From Takakia lepidozioides (Eukaryota > Plantae > Bryophyta), in the NCBI GenBank assembly GCA_030704615.1, contig CM060733.1, forward strand, positions 58,032,001 through 58,096,000: a stretch of DNA of 64,000 nucleotides, written 5' to 3'. The notes below the pieces were generated by a model, which saw nothing but the letters and a program-made list of their open reading frames with translations, made no database searches and was not told the origin of the DNA. Shown here in pieces: positions 51,601 to 64,000 of the stretch. Numbering within the stretch: the first letter of the stretch is position 1; every line of letters begins with the position of its first letter. The position numbers and the translations under genes are program-made.

Positions 51601-51937
51601 GAGAGTCATAATTATGCAACAGGTACTCCTTCACTTTATATGTGACAATCTTATGTGCCCCTAGAGTCATAGCGAAATGGATATACAGAGTTATAAGGTG
51701 GAGGAGGAGTACTCACAATGTTCTCTCCACGCGTATTTGGATACAATTCCAGCTTCGACTTTCGGATATGAGGGCCTCCCAATCCTCAGGTCCCAGTGCC
51801 CAAGCATCCACGAAAGCTGAAAATTCATCTTCCAGATTGCGATCTCCAGTACAATTATCACGAAAGGGACGCACATCCAACAAACAAATGGTGAGGAGAG
51901 ACCTCCGACTGGAGACGGCGGGTCGGCGGCACTGCAT
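42887..51937 (-). CDS. FBL11: BTB/POZ + leucine-rich-repeat protein, FBL11-like, multi-exon
   Basis: N-terminal BTB-like exons (STYFRSLLSNF.., VKWDLPIFCILLKCIHG, LHQGAAFFGVESAVSAC), BACK-like FLEFPFALLKDCIDHPQLTV, then many LRRs (LRTVDLSGC, LKSLNIRGC, LRSLSLLGCQMLT). Both ends approximate. Confidence 0.78.
48478..48631 (-). mobile_element. 5'-truncated 3'-end copy of the (CT)n-associated LINE in an FBL11 intron
   Basis: Minus strand reads (CT)n then GATATTTGG..GGTAAGTCCCACTACC..ATGGCCACAAGGCTGCGACAACAACGTCTTATGAGTACA, homologous to 61413-61570; (GA)n at 48632-48665. Confidence 0.88.
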
Positions 51938-52820
51938 TGACGATCTGTGGCATGACCCACTTGGAATTTATAGGATAGAAGCCAACCCAGGTGGGTAGAA
52001 AGTGAGGGAAAATCGTCAGCTCAATCGGCTTACAAACTCCAGGGAGCCCTGACGTTGCAGAAACCACAGAGTCAGTGGTCTTGTCTGTGTGAAGGAAAAA
52101 GAATGATACTTACAACGTCCCCGTAAAGAAAGAAAAAATTGCACTTGACAAAGACCATGAAAGCTCAAAGAAAAGAAAGGACAGAATGCCCAGAACACCG
52201 GCCCCCATCGATTGAGAGAGGGAGGCATGTCTCTTTCTTTCTGTGGAGCTTCTCAGAATTGTGGGAGAAGGGAAGATAACCATTTGCAACTTGTTCAGTG
52301 CTTTGAGAACTTTGGCTCGAGCAGACAGCAGTTCGCTATGCAGGAAACACCAGCAAAACACAGCACGTGAATCTGTATGTGGCCACGGGATCCAAATGGA
52401 TGCGACATTACAACATATGAACAGAATATAAATTCAACATAGGGTGATTCGCTCTTGTTTCTTCTCCCACGGATTTCTCCAACTTTAGGTTTATGTGCTG
52501 CATGTGATGAAAGCCACCGAGCAGGTTCCGTGATACCGTGTTGGGTTTTCAGCTTTTGGAGATCGGGAGAGTACGCTGGGCAGCCTCCAATGAGACTTGA
52601 GTGTTGGGTGATGCGCCAAGTTAAAACAGGTGTGCAGAGAGAGAGAGAGAGTAGACTTCAATTTTCTTTTGGGAAAGCGACATAGCTGTGCCACCATGAT
52701 ATGATCAGCAAGTCAATGTACAACCAATCTGTCCAACTCATGACAGGCTTCATTATCACAGCACCTTAGAATGCAAACCAGTAGCTGTCAGACCCTAGTT
52801 ATGTTCAGCTTATGCTGCTG

Positions 52821-52909
52821 CAAAATGTCCTTATGACTGAATGTGTTCTAACCCCAAATTGCTACCGCAAAATGTCCTTATGACTGAATGCCTTCTAGCC
52901 CCAAATTGC
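52821..52909. repeat. 47-bp tandem duplication
   Basis: CAAAATGTCCTTATGACTGAATG...CCCCAAATTGC twice (52821, 52868). Confidence 0.85.
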
Positions 52910-53315
52910 CCACAGCTGTGCAAAGTAAAAGAGTCTAGTCCAGTTCCCACATGGCCATCGATGTCTACAGAAGTGGAGAGAGAGGTAGAGGAAGAGAAGA
53001 CTCCGGCCAAAGCAGGCAGTTCACCGGGTACTGGCCCCGTCAAGGGGTGGCCCCTCTACAGAAATGGAATAATACTTGTCTTCAACAATGGTGTGCTCTT
53101 TGAAGATTTGTCGCTCACATACTGCAAACAATGGAAGATACACTCCATGCAGAACTTTTGTTGAAGTATCCAGGATTGCACCTAACCACGAAGACAGTAT
53201 CCAATAACCCACTGTAAGCTAGCTCAATGAGACATCATTTTACTTTTTCAGAGAGGACTAACAGTCTCAGAGCTACTTGTACCGCAATACTTTGAATATT
53301 GTACCGTTGATATCT

Positions 53316-55058
53316 TTAGGACAATTTCACCTCCACATCCACCCCAGCAGGTAGATCCAGCTGCATCAAAGCATCAATTGTCTGGGCATTGGGATTCTGA
53401 AGATCAATTAGGCGCCTGTGAGTTCGAATCTCAAAATGTTCACGGGAATCTTTGTTGACGTGAGGGGAACGAAGAACACAGTACACCCGCCTCTTTGTTG
53501 GTAAGGGGACAGGCCCCATCACAGCTGTATTTGTGTTGCTGGCAGCCTCCAATATTTGTTGGCTCGCTTGCTTGATTAAGTCAACCCAATAAGACCGCAG
53601 CTTGATGCGAATCCTTTGCTTGGGGGCTGCCTGACCACCAATAAAGAAGAGAAAAAACGTTCTCATTAGACTTTGCACGCTAAAACTGTTCTCTTTCGTC
53701 ACCATCCTGCCCATAGATAGGACATTCAAGCTCCCTTGATCCAACAAGGTACAGAAGATGGAAACTTACTGTTCATTTCAAAGCTTTAATTTTAATGTTC
53801 TTACTGTTGTCAGAGCACAAGCTAAAGTGGCTGTAATTAGCTTGATGCCCTCACCCTGTGAACTTATGAAGGATTTCAAGGAGCCTGAATTGACCCTACT
53901 AAACCAGAGGGAAATGTGGTCATATATAATTAGTACAATAATGTGGAAACCTCGGGCAAGTATACCCACATAAACTGCTAGAAGATTACTGCCTTCAAGT
54001 GGTATATACAATCCAAATATCTCTGAAAGAGCTTACTCCTTAAACATATTGCACTGCTTTTGCCTACAGCCTTACAGCCCTCTGTCAAAGATGAAGACAA
54101 AGGGACTTGGAAAAAGAACAGGGGAACTAACCAAAGGAGGGGCATCAATCGTAGCTGCAGCTCGCAACGAGTACTTTGAGGTGCTGTGGTTGATGGAAGA
54201 CCCCTTGCACAAGCAGCCTGCAGGCCGAAAGCTGCCCGTCAGGCCATCTGCCCGAAGCCCATCAAATGTGGAGAAACAAATGCTGGCCTGCAATGTCAAG
54301 GCAGGCACCACACAAACAGAAATCATCATATACCCAGTCTCCAAATACAGTTCAATCTATGCCATTTCAAATACATTCGACCTTAGGTTTAATGGACACA
54401 TCAAGCATGGACACTATTAAACGTAGGAAGGTAAAATTCAATCTCTGAGTTTGTCTACTGTTCAAGCAAGAATTGCACGAAAGCATAATCAACTAACAGT
54501 TTCAGCCACCCATTAGTCCAGTCCAGTACGATGATATTGCTGTCCTGGAGTGCAGTATGAAAGCTTATTCTTGCGAACAGCAGCAAACGGGTACTAGTAC
54601 GACTTGCACTCTACATGTCCTGTCGGAATTCCCCTGTCATGTGCATTATACAGAGAAAAGAAAAGAGAAAGCTGTGACACACCGGGAGGGGAGAGAAGGG
54701 GTGTGGACATTTCCCTCTGTCCATGAATGTATGACCAATTTGAGAAACAACACTTCACAATCGAAACAACTTTCCTTCCTAAAACCATTTCCCACAACCT
54801 CTCTTCGCATGCAGCTTCAGTGCTTCACTAAAACAGGTGACATTATTTTTTGAATGACCCACTTCCACGTTTGTACAGTCCATAGTAAGGGGACAACTGA
54901 CTTGAAAAGAAACTCACATGAGAAATGCCAGAACTGTACTTCGAAGGCAGAGGGATGCTCCAAGAGACCGGAGTTGTTGTAGCAGAGGAAGATCCCCGTA
55001 TGGCTGAAGAGGGGCACGCCACAGATGCGAGGGAAGATGCTGCCATCGTGGTCGCCAT
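53316..55058 (-). CDS. PRPS10: Plastid 30S ribosomal protein S10 (nuclear-encoded, with transit peptide), multi-exon
   Basis: Last exon encodes KQRIRIKLRSYW..MGPVPLPTKRRVYCVLRSPHVNKDSREHFEIRTHRRLIDL..LDLPAGVDVEVKL; first exon MATTMAASSLASV.. is a Ser/Ala-rich transit peptide. Confidence 0.95.
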
Positions 55059-55277
55059 AGCCAGGGCCCTCAAGCTCTAATACTCTCGGGCTTCGTTAGC
55101 AGCACACATTACAAGCAGGCCTAGCAGCTAATTTCTGCTTGCATACTGATGACTCTACTTACCTTTATATTTAAACAAGTTATCAATTTTTTCTTTTTTT
55201 TCTTTTTCTTTGGTTCTAAGCACCTGGGAGCGACAGCTCACAAATCAGGCCCCTTGATAGAGAGAGGAGAAAATAAC

Positions 55278-55394
55278 CGACACCGCGCAGGGAAGGGGGA
55301 GCAGAGCCTACCACACCCGTCAAGTAGCAGGATTTGACCCCATGGTCATCCGGATGGCACTCAATGCACTTTACCAACTGAGCTACTGAGCCCC
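55278..55394 (-). mobile_element. tRNA-derived SINE-like element, copy 1
   Basis: Minus strand GGGGCTCAGTAGCTCAGTTGGTAAAGTGC..GGGTCAAATCCT (A box and B-like box); flanked by direct repeats of GAGAGGAGAAAATAAC; homologous to 58743-58820. Confidence 0.65.
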
Positions 55395-57418
55395 TTCATA
55401 GGAGAGGAGAAAATAACGAGTGTTGGGCGGTTATTTATATTTTTTGCTAACAAGCGGTTGTTGCGGTTACATTGGATCTCAATATTGAAAGATATATATA
55501 TATATTGAAAGAACCTTATAGGCTGGTTACTTCAATTTATTGACTTTTTAATAACCGGCCAGTTGAGGTTATACAACCGGTTATGTATATTTATTTATTT
55601 ATTGGCTCCTCCCTATAAGGGAGAGACCACGCATTGGTGCCAAAACTGAGTAAGATCCTGATATACCTCCACTAGATAGTACCTACATGAAGCACATAAT
55701 CATCCCCCACTCAATGAATGTACCTTGATTGGATAAGACCCATAAATGAAACCACAAAAAGGTGGCATAAGTACAGAATATTGGATGTTTTATGCGGAGT
55801 TTCATCTATTTTCGGACAGAAGGACACGGTCGAAATGGATGACGAAATACCTTGTGCCGATGAAGTTCGTTGAATGGACGTCATCCGTGGCGTTCAATAC
55901 CCTAGAATGTCGAGGAGATGGAGAGAGGACTACGGCAAGGCAAGGATGCTAGCAACAAGGTTTTGGTAGAGCATGGATAGCTTAAGGAGCAGGTGTAGAG
56001 TTTGCGGCTCATCCAAGAGGGCCGAATTTCAAGCTCAAGATTACCTATGATTCCCTGTGGATCCATAGCTACAAGAAACCTGCATTAGTAGATGGTCAAC
56101 TGGAAGTCGCAGCAGCAACGGCACAATTGATAAAATCAGGCACTGCTAATGAAGGTATCTTCTTCAACATATTTCACCTGTTTTTCGCTCTTATCAGAAT
56201 CGGCCCTAAAATTCCATGTTGAGTTCTGCAAATTAGCTGGTTGAGTGAATCTTTGATAGTTTGGAGTGACTTTGACACGATACTGCCAACGTGACAACAT
56301 GAAAGTATCCAAAAACACGTAACAGAGATGAGGAGTAGTTGTGGAATGAATACTTTTCTGATCCCAGTCAATGGTGGGACAACCAAGACAAACCGGGGAA
56401 TGCCTGTTACATTACAGAGAGTAGCAGACGCAATTCAGCATAGGAACTAGTGTGATAACCTGAGTTGGGTGTTTCCTAGAACAAATCTAGGTGCAACAAT
56501 CAATGGTCAATAAAGTTGCTATGAACCGTCTCTTTCTATCGAGGGTCCTTATTGGAAGGTGAGCGTGGCGACCTTTTCAAAATCACCTAGAGCAAGCTCA
56601 AGAGATGTTTTGCTCTATGTGAGCAATTGCATACACCCTTTTCCACTGGCTTCTCGTGAGGGTTCAAAAGATGATGGCATACTTCACCAGATGTACATTT
56701 TCTTTTGGCACAATTTAGTCTTTGGTGGGGTCTGTGTCTACACATGGAGTAAACTGCGCCAGCGAACTTGTAGTGAGCAAGGAGCCTGCGAGAGAACGCA
56801 CCTCTGAGTGCCAGTATCCAGAAGGCTGTCGCTGACCCAGCGGTCGTCCCTGACAGGTCTCTTTTTCTCTAACTCTTGATTCTCTAGTTGGTTTTGCACG
56901 CAGGTCAGGATGGGTCTTACGTACCTTGTCGGCACTATGCCATAGCCAGCTCGGGCAGAATGGTTAGTGAGTTCTTTTCTCTTGCAGCTCTTGCTCAAGA
57001 AAGTCATTCGTGCGTATTCTGACTCTGTGCACAATTTATTGCAGAGCGGACTCGGAGTGGCTTCTTGGTTTTCCAATGAGTGTAAATAAAGCTTTGCAGG
57101 GTTTCACACACTTAGTGAATTGTAAAGCAAGAAACCTAACATCTTGTCAGAACCTGAGGTAAACGTCAGCACCTGTTCTTTTCTGCCTTGTTTTTCATCC
57201 CCTAAGTGCTTTGATCTTCCAGTCACAAATAGAATCACCATCCCTATTCTTCCTCTCTTTCTCTCAGTTTAATTTAATTTAATTTCTCTTAGTTTAATGA
57301 AGTTGTTTTTCTTTTTTTCTTTTTACTATTCCTGGTAAGCCTCATGTGGTGATGAGTGCCCATTCTTCGCCTCTTCATGTTGTTTCCCCTTGTTTGTTGC
57401 CCTGCATGTGAAGTGCAA

Positions 57419-57590
57419 TATTTCAGTACATCAAGATTTCAATATTTCAATATTTCAATCAAGATTTTCAGCAAGTATTTTAGTATTTCAGCGAGTTTTT
57501 CAGCAAGTATTTCAGTATCTCAGCCAGTTCTTCCACAAGTATTTCAATATTTCAGTTAATATTTCAACAAGCATTTTAATATTTTAATGA
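57419..57590. repeat. Degenerate TATTTCA(A/G) minisatellite
   Basis: Repeated ATTTCAATATTTCAG / CAGCAAGTATTT units. Confidence 0.6.
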
Positions 57591-58742
57591 TTAGTAAATC
57601 CGAAGATCAGTTTTGTAATATCATACATCAATATTTAATTCATACATCAATAAGTTATACCAGGGCCTCTATCCCCAGCTTTATGAAGAAATAAATAAAT
57701 AATTTTTTCTTTTATGCAAATCATGTTTAAAATGTAGTATAAATATGTGATTATTTTATTTTAATATAACATTTTAAATATATTTTGTACTTAAGAGTTT
57801 TAGGGTGGAGCCAGTACGCGACTAGCCGCTTGTTTAAAAAGGATATAGAATTATAGCTGAAGCTTCTATCAATCATAAAATATATGCATTAGTACAATAG
57901 AGCTGGCCTACAAATATATTTTAGATATATGACACATGCATCTAAAATTACTCTATGAATTGGGCTCATCAATGGGGATTTCAAAAAATACAATGTCCTA
58001 TCATAATGTTTCAATGTGCTTCAATATATGAAGCCCTGGCAAAGCTCATTCATGAATTTAGTCAGGGACTCGCACCTCAGAACTGCCCCTCATAACCTTA
58101 GGTTATTAGACCCAATATATATATTCATAACCGTCCACTTAAAAAACACCCAACAAGTTGTCTACATCATTTTATAAAAATTTGACCTCCGCCGGTTACT
58201 ATTGGGACCGGTTACTTGTATGCCTATTGCCGGTTCCTAATGGGACCAGTTATTTCAGTTTCCTGCGGTTATATATATATATCGTACACGCAGGTTGGTT
58301 TCGGCACCGAGCTGCTGAATTAATTAATTTTTGAGACCTGGGTACTTTCGACACATGGAAAGTAGTTGTAGAGTTTTCGGCACTTGCTTGGCTAATTTTT
58401 TGATTGAGGGGTCACTAGTCTACTTACTAGTTACTGTACTAGTTTTCAACTTGGAGGACGGTTGTGAAGATAATGATGAACAACAAGACACAGAGGAGTT
58501 GTTCAAAGATGAGGATATCGTGGATATGATGCTCCAATGTGCTATGAGTGAAGCTTGAAGTGCACTAGGTTTAGTTGCCCGTTGATAAGTGGATTCAGAT
58601 TTGTATTTCCATTTTCAACATATTCTTTTTCAATTTTTATTAATTCGGACATTGTGAGCTTGAAATTTCTCAAATATTTGAGACAAAATGGTTCAATTTT
58701 CTTCATATTTTCGAAGAAGGCCATTTTTAATTAATTATGTGT

Positions 58743-58820
58743 GTCACATCCCCCAAGAAGTAGGATTTGACCCAAGAATTATCTGGGTGTCACTCAGTGC
58801 ACTAACCAACTGAGCTACAG
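58743..58820 (-). mobile_element. tRNA-derived SINE-like element, copy 2
   Basis: Minus strand GTAGCTCAGTTGGTTAGTGCACTGAGTG..GGGTCAAATCCTAC, same family as the copy at about 55312-55390. Confidence 0.6.
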
Positions 58821-59253
58821 ACTGTTGGTACAAAAAATGCTTTAGAATTTGCTAAAGAATCACATCACTCCCCTCCCTCCCTTCTCCTTCCTCCTTTCCC
58901 TCACAGTCCAGCATCTCCGTGGCAATATTGGGAGGTTGCGTGTGGATGTCATAGTCCTTGCGCTCCTGCCAGAGCTGCCAGTAGGAGAGCAAACAATTAG
59001 AAAGATCCTTGTATGGAATTCACATGCGGAGAAATAGGGCAAAGAGAATCATGTCGATATGACAGGGAGATATTTGAAAGATATGATACGATAGTCTGCT
59101 ACGGTGGGCCTGGAGTGCTTGAGAGGTTTCTGATTCCTTGGGGTTGCAGCGAAGTTGGAGAAAATCCGAAGGATTGTTTGTGAATTCGGTGTGCATGCCA
59201 AGATTCAGAGGAGGCGAGGTGAAGAGCGAGTGTGATAAAAGGGAGCGAGCGCG

Positions 59254-59663
59254 ATGGGATCGCTGGCAGAAGGCGCGATAGGTAGAAGGGATGTGCAGGG
59301 GGAGGCCATAATGTACGTGAATGGCAAGCGCCACGTTCTGCCCCCCGACTCAGCGCACTGCACTCTCCTGGAATATCTCCGAGGTCCAACTCCCTCATCA
59401 CTCGTGCTGATTTCACCGGATATGAATGCAAAGATCTTAAGAATGGGGACAGCCAGGAAATTGAATGTCCCACATCTTCTGCAGACACGGAGATGAGTCG
59501 GTTTCAGTATATGTTGTCCTGACTAGGTTGGAAAGTCTAGCACCGGAGCTTAGAAAATGACCTCCCCCGATGGACTTGCATCGAGGCCTTGAAGGACGGA
59601 TTGTAGAACATAGTGAAGGAAAGCTTGTGATGAAAGTCTTGGCTGATTCGCAGGGGATTGCAG

Positions 59664-59694
<31 letters not shown>

Positions 59695-62600
59695 AGAGAA
59701 GAACCGGGGAACTACCGTGGCATCACGCTCCTCAATGCTGTTGGCAAGACATTCTGCAGAGTTATAAGTACTCGTCTCGAGGTTGATCTGGAGTCTAGAG
59801 GTTGTTTCCACGAAGGCCAAGCTGGCTTTCGGCGAAACAGGGGCTGTGTGGATCATATCTTCACTCTAAGCCAGATTATCCAGGGAAGGAAAAAAGAAGG
59901 GAAACCCACCTATGTTTTGTTCCTGGATGTCAAAAAGGCTTATGACACAGTGTGGAGAGATGGCCTATGGTTCCGCCTCTGGTCTTGTGGGATCAAGGGA
60001 AAGATGTGGAGAGTTGTCCACAACTTGTATGCTCACACCAAAAGCTGTGTCACTGTTAACGGACAGAAGTCCAACTTCTTTGACATAGACCAAGGTGTAG
60101 CTCAAGGATGTACTCTCTCCCCTCTGCTCTTCAATGTTTTCATCAATCAACTCCTCGAGGATGTAGAAAGTGAGGGATTTGGGTTAAGGGTGGGTGATAC
60201 CACCATACCAGCCCTTATGTTTGCGGATGACTTCGCAGGCATAGGGGAGACTCCAACCAATCTCCAGGAGTTGATTGATTGCGCGAAGAGATACTTTGAT
60301 CTTTGGGGGCTAGAGGCTAATGTCAGCAAATGTGCAGTGGTAGCATTCAACGACAGAGGAGAGGGAGGAAGTGATCTTAAGTGGCAGTGGGGTAGCCAAG
60401 AGATCCCAGTCCTCCCTTCCTACACTTACCTGGGCGTTGAGTTTTCCTCCAATTGTAATTGGGATGCACATATCCGGAAAGTTGTTCAAACTGGCAAGGG
60501 CAAAGCTCTGGGGCTCACTAAATTTTTCCACTGCAGAGGGGTCAACTCTGAGGTTAAGAAAACCATGCTTTGTCGCGTTATTAGACCTGCCTTGGAGTAT
60601 GGATCTGCTATATGGGTTGATAACTCCAACCAGGCTAAGTCTCTAGAATCCATTCAAGTGGGGGTGCTTAAGGAGTGTATGTCAGCATGCTCCAAAACAG
60701 CCAATGTGGCTGTTCGGGGTGAGTTTGGCATTCCGTCCTTAAGCTCCCGACGAGATGAATTCAAGGTCAGATGGTGGGGTCAGCTGCAACATATGCCCAA
60801 CACCAGATATCCTAAGTTAATCGACTCTATATCTTGGAAACAGGACCGCCCTGTCAAACAGGCTAAGTCCTGGCAGAAGAGAGTAGAAGAGATTCTCAAG
60901 GACCTGGACCTGGATCCGCAAGTCTTGACCCTGCTGGATAAATCTGACTTAGAGAGGCTGTAGTGTCCTCAGCCATGTCTGTTGCCATGAGATTGTCTGA
61001 TGAAAATGAAGTTAGGCAGAAAACTTCCCTGAACTTGTTTCCAGTCAGTGACATGGGGGAGGACATCTTGGATGACCTCAAGGGTCTACCCACTCTCGGC
61101 ACTAGACTGAAATTTAAACTCAGGGCAGGAAGCCTACCTTTGAACAGCAAACAGAAGCAGAGAGGAAAGGGAGAGTGCAATTGCCCGTTGTGTGGGCAAT
61201 CTGAAGACAGTATTCATTTTCTGATACACTGTCTGGGGTTCTCTCACCAAAGAGACGCTCTCTTCAACTCTATCAAGGGAATTGTGCCTGTACCCCTGTT
61301 TACCAACTTTGAAAGTCTCGAGGCTGAGCCAAAAGCCCAGGCCCTCCTGAGGCCTAGTTTTTGGGCAAATCACACACTGCAGATTGATGCTTGTGTGAAG
61401 GGAGTTCTAGAGGATATCTGGAAAACCCGGATTAATTCTATATATGATGGTAAGTCACACTACCAACGTCAGCCCCTGACAGAGGTAGGTTCTGTCCCTT
61501 TTGTTCCCGCTCAAACTGGGCGCGGGGTCAATGGCCACAAGGCTACAGCAAACAACGTCTTATGAGTACAATCTCTCTCTCTCTCTCTCAAGCTTAATGG
61601 CCATGGCTCATCGAATTTCTTGTGCACAGCGAAGTTTTTTTCTCTCAAGCAATAACCACCGATGTTCGTGTCGCTTGTCTGGCGGTCCTTTTTGAATTGT
61701 AAGATGAATCAATTGATAAGGCTGCGTCTGCGTCCAGTATGCCGTGATCAAAGCTCTTTTGCGGAAGCCATGAAAAATCCTAGAGCACATGAACGTATAT
61801 TTGCAATGAGCTTGGAGTCCGATTGTCTCTATTTCTCATTTCATTTATGAAATCTGACAAATGATTTTTAGCATACAGGGATCGGTCTCACAGGCACGAA
61901 GTTGGGATGTGGAGAAGGAGGGTGTGGAGCGTGCACTGTTATGCTCTCTCACTATGACTCTGAACAACAAACAATTCTGTAAGCCTCTTATCCACTTTCA
62001 CAGAAGAGCAGAGTTCTGTATGTTTTGGTGGACTGAGCTAGTGTTGTTTCTCTTCTGGCCATTTTCCTTGCTGGAATGTAGCATATTGAGTATCTGGCTC
62101 TTCTTTAATTGCTTACATGGCAGGAAGAAGATGGATTTATCAACAACTTGATCAACTTTTAGGCCAGCAGAAAGGCAATTCCTGAAATAATTTTTGTTGC
62201 CAGACAGAAATAGCACTCTATTACCGAATCCATCCAGGATTTGAAGTCATTTTTCGTCTGGGACTTCCCCGTATTGCTACACACCATTTGGAACTCATTT
62301 GTGTCAATCTGACAATCTCATATAAGATGATCAGTACATCTGTTTTGATTCTACAAGTGAAACCGGTGAAGACTAGAAAGGAAGTAAGGTCAACTTCCAC
62401 ATGTTTTCAGATTCTCTGTATATTTTCTTTTAACCAAAGTCTTTTGGAAGTCTCATCTTTGGGGGCTGGGGAATGCAGACATAGAGCAATAAATGCATGT
62501 CTGGCACCCCTGTATTCAGTGGAAGGTATGCATGTGGTAACAGTGGAGGGTATCGGAAATCGCCGTCGTGGTTTGCACCATGTGCAGGTGTGCATCTCTT

Positions 62601-64000
62601 TTTCTCCCCCCCCGCTCATCAAGACAATATTTCCCTCTTTTCTCCTCCTCACAGATTTTTCTAGGTGAGGGCCCCACATCCTCTTGTTGTCCTGCTTTCT
62701 TTGGTCCTTAAGCTCTTTGAGCTTTCCATGGATGTTACAATATTAATAAATTTTATCCGGATCCTGATGTAGCTTCTACTCAGTTTTTCTAGCTGATGAA
62801 GGGATAATTACCAGTGCAATGGGACTCAAATGGAGTGTGGATGCAGGAAGCACTGGCCAATGCCCACGGCTCTCAGTGTGGTTTCTGCACACCTGGTTTT
62901 GTGATGTCAATGTACACGCTGTTGCGGAGTACAAAGAAGCCACCAACTCAGCAAGAGATTGAGGAAAGCTTGGCAGGGAATCTATGCCGATGCACTGGCT
63001 ACCGCCCAATTCTGGATGCGTTTCGTGTTTTTGCTAAGACAGAATCTTCCCTCTATAGTAATGATTCAATCACTGCAACTGGCGCTGCCTCCTTACAAAA
63101 GGCTGCTAGAAATGGTTTTCATGCAAACGGTTCCGTCATCTGCCCCTCAACAGGCAAGCCCTGTGATTGTGGGAAATCTGCAGGACAAGGATTAAAATAT
63201 GGCTACCAGGAGCATCTGGGTTCAGAACAAAAGCAAGGAGGGAATGTCACGGAAAGCCTCATTCTTCAGAGGACTGGGAAGGACAATGTTGCAAGCACAT
63301 GGACAGAGCCTATTTTCCCTCCAGAGTTGGTCTCCAGAAAGGTTCGGTCACTGTTTCTTAGAGGCGCGCAGGGGTTAACGTGGTACCGCCCAACCACATT
63401 GGATGAACTTTTGGACTTAAAGTTGCGGTTCCCTGACGCAAAGCTGGTGGGAGGGAACACCGAAGTGGGGATTGAAACTCGGTTTAAGAACTTACATTAC
63501 CCAGTTCTTATTGCTGTGACGCATGTACCAGAGCTTCTTGTAACACAAGTAAGACTGTTTCTCCTAGTTTCATTATAATTTCACTGTCTATCTTGAGGGG
63601 AACCATAGCATCCAGATCATGAATATTGTGTCCATGCAATGGATGTGAAAAAGGCACAGGCTTTGAGAAAGGCATGAAAGTCATGAAAAAGAAGAAAGTC
63701 ATGAAAAAGGCACAGGCTTTGAGAAATCTTAATCTCTTTATTCGTTCTTAAAAGAGATTCAAAACCATCTGATACATGGTTTTCTGCAGTAATGATGGCA
63801 CTACAATTCTATGCAGGTGAGGGATGATGGTGTGGAGGTTGGGGCATCTATTTCCTTGGCCAAGCTACTAGAGGTGCTGAAAGCGAGTGTGGGATTGCGA
63901 AAGGGCCATGAGACTTCAGGCTGCCGAGCATTCATCGAGCAGATACGATGGTTTGCTGGGGCTCAGATAAGAAATGTGGCTTGTGTGGGCGGGAATATAT
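59254..64000 (+). CDS. XDH1: Xanthine dehydrogenase (molybdo-flavoenzyme), 5' part, continues past the window end
   Basis: [21 protein letters not shown]|[101 protein letters not shown]. Intron 1 is 59384-61878. Confidence 0.96.
59692..61570 (+). mobile_element. 5'-truncated non-LTR retrotransposon (LINE, RTE/RTEX-like) within a (CT)n tract in XDH intron 1
   Basis: RT motifs [56 protein letters not shown]; C-terminal [19 protein letters not shown] Zn knuckle; one frameshift near 60963; (CT)n at 59664-59691 and 61572-61589. Clade assignment tentative. Confidence 0.93.

Noticed and set aside
55700-57300. Short ORFs between PRPS10 and XDH
   Set aside because: No recognisable motifs or consistent exon structure; may be decayed TE sequence.
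63646-63726. 25-bp direct repeat in an XDH intron
   Set aside because: Looks like a local slippage duplication with nothing element-like between the copies.

Overview
Eukaryotic nuclear DNA from a land plant, probably seed-free/bryophyte-like (inferred from spliceosomal introns, nuclear-encoded plastid proteins and a JHDM1/KDM2-type JmjC gene). Host genes in order: S1-domain plastid RNA-binding protein (minus, runs off the left edge), O-fucosyltransferase/GT106-family glycosyltransferase (minus), JHDM1/KDM2-7-like JmjC demethylase (plus), BTB/LRR protein FBL11-like (minus), plastid ribosomal protein S10 (minus) and xanthine dehydrogenase (plus, runs off the right edge). The main discovery is an 11.7-kb Mutator-like DNA transposon at 18827-30550, with a perfect 9-bp TSD (GGAGAAAAT) and imperfect CA...TG ends. 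It encodes a GCM-like Zn domain/MULE-DDE/SWIM transposase and, divergently, a spliced gene fusing a ParB/Srx-like domain to a prokaryote-type beta-class amino (N6A/N4C) DNA methyltransferase fold. The introns of that gene hold about 16 copies of a 24-bp palindrome (GTGAATGTCG-N4-CGACATTCAC), mostly in two spaced arrays. This suggests a transposon-borne DNA-binding/DNA-modifying system with its own cis sites; this copy is decayed. Also present: three copies of a (CT)n-associated LINE family, two hAT-type MITEs, tRNA-derived SINE-like heads and a U12 AT-AC intron. All family assignments were made by eye from motifs; no database searches were run.
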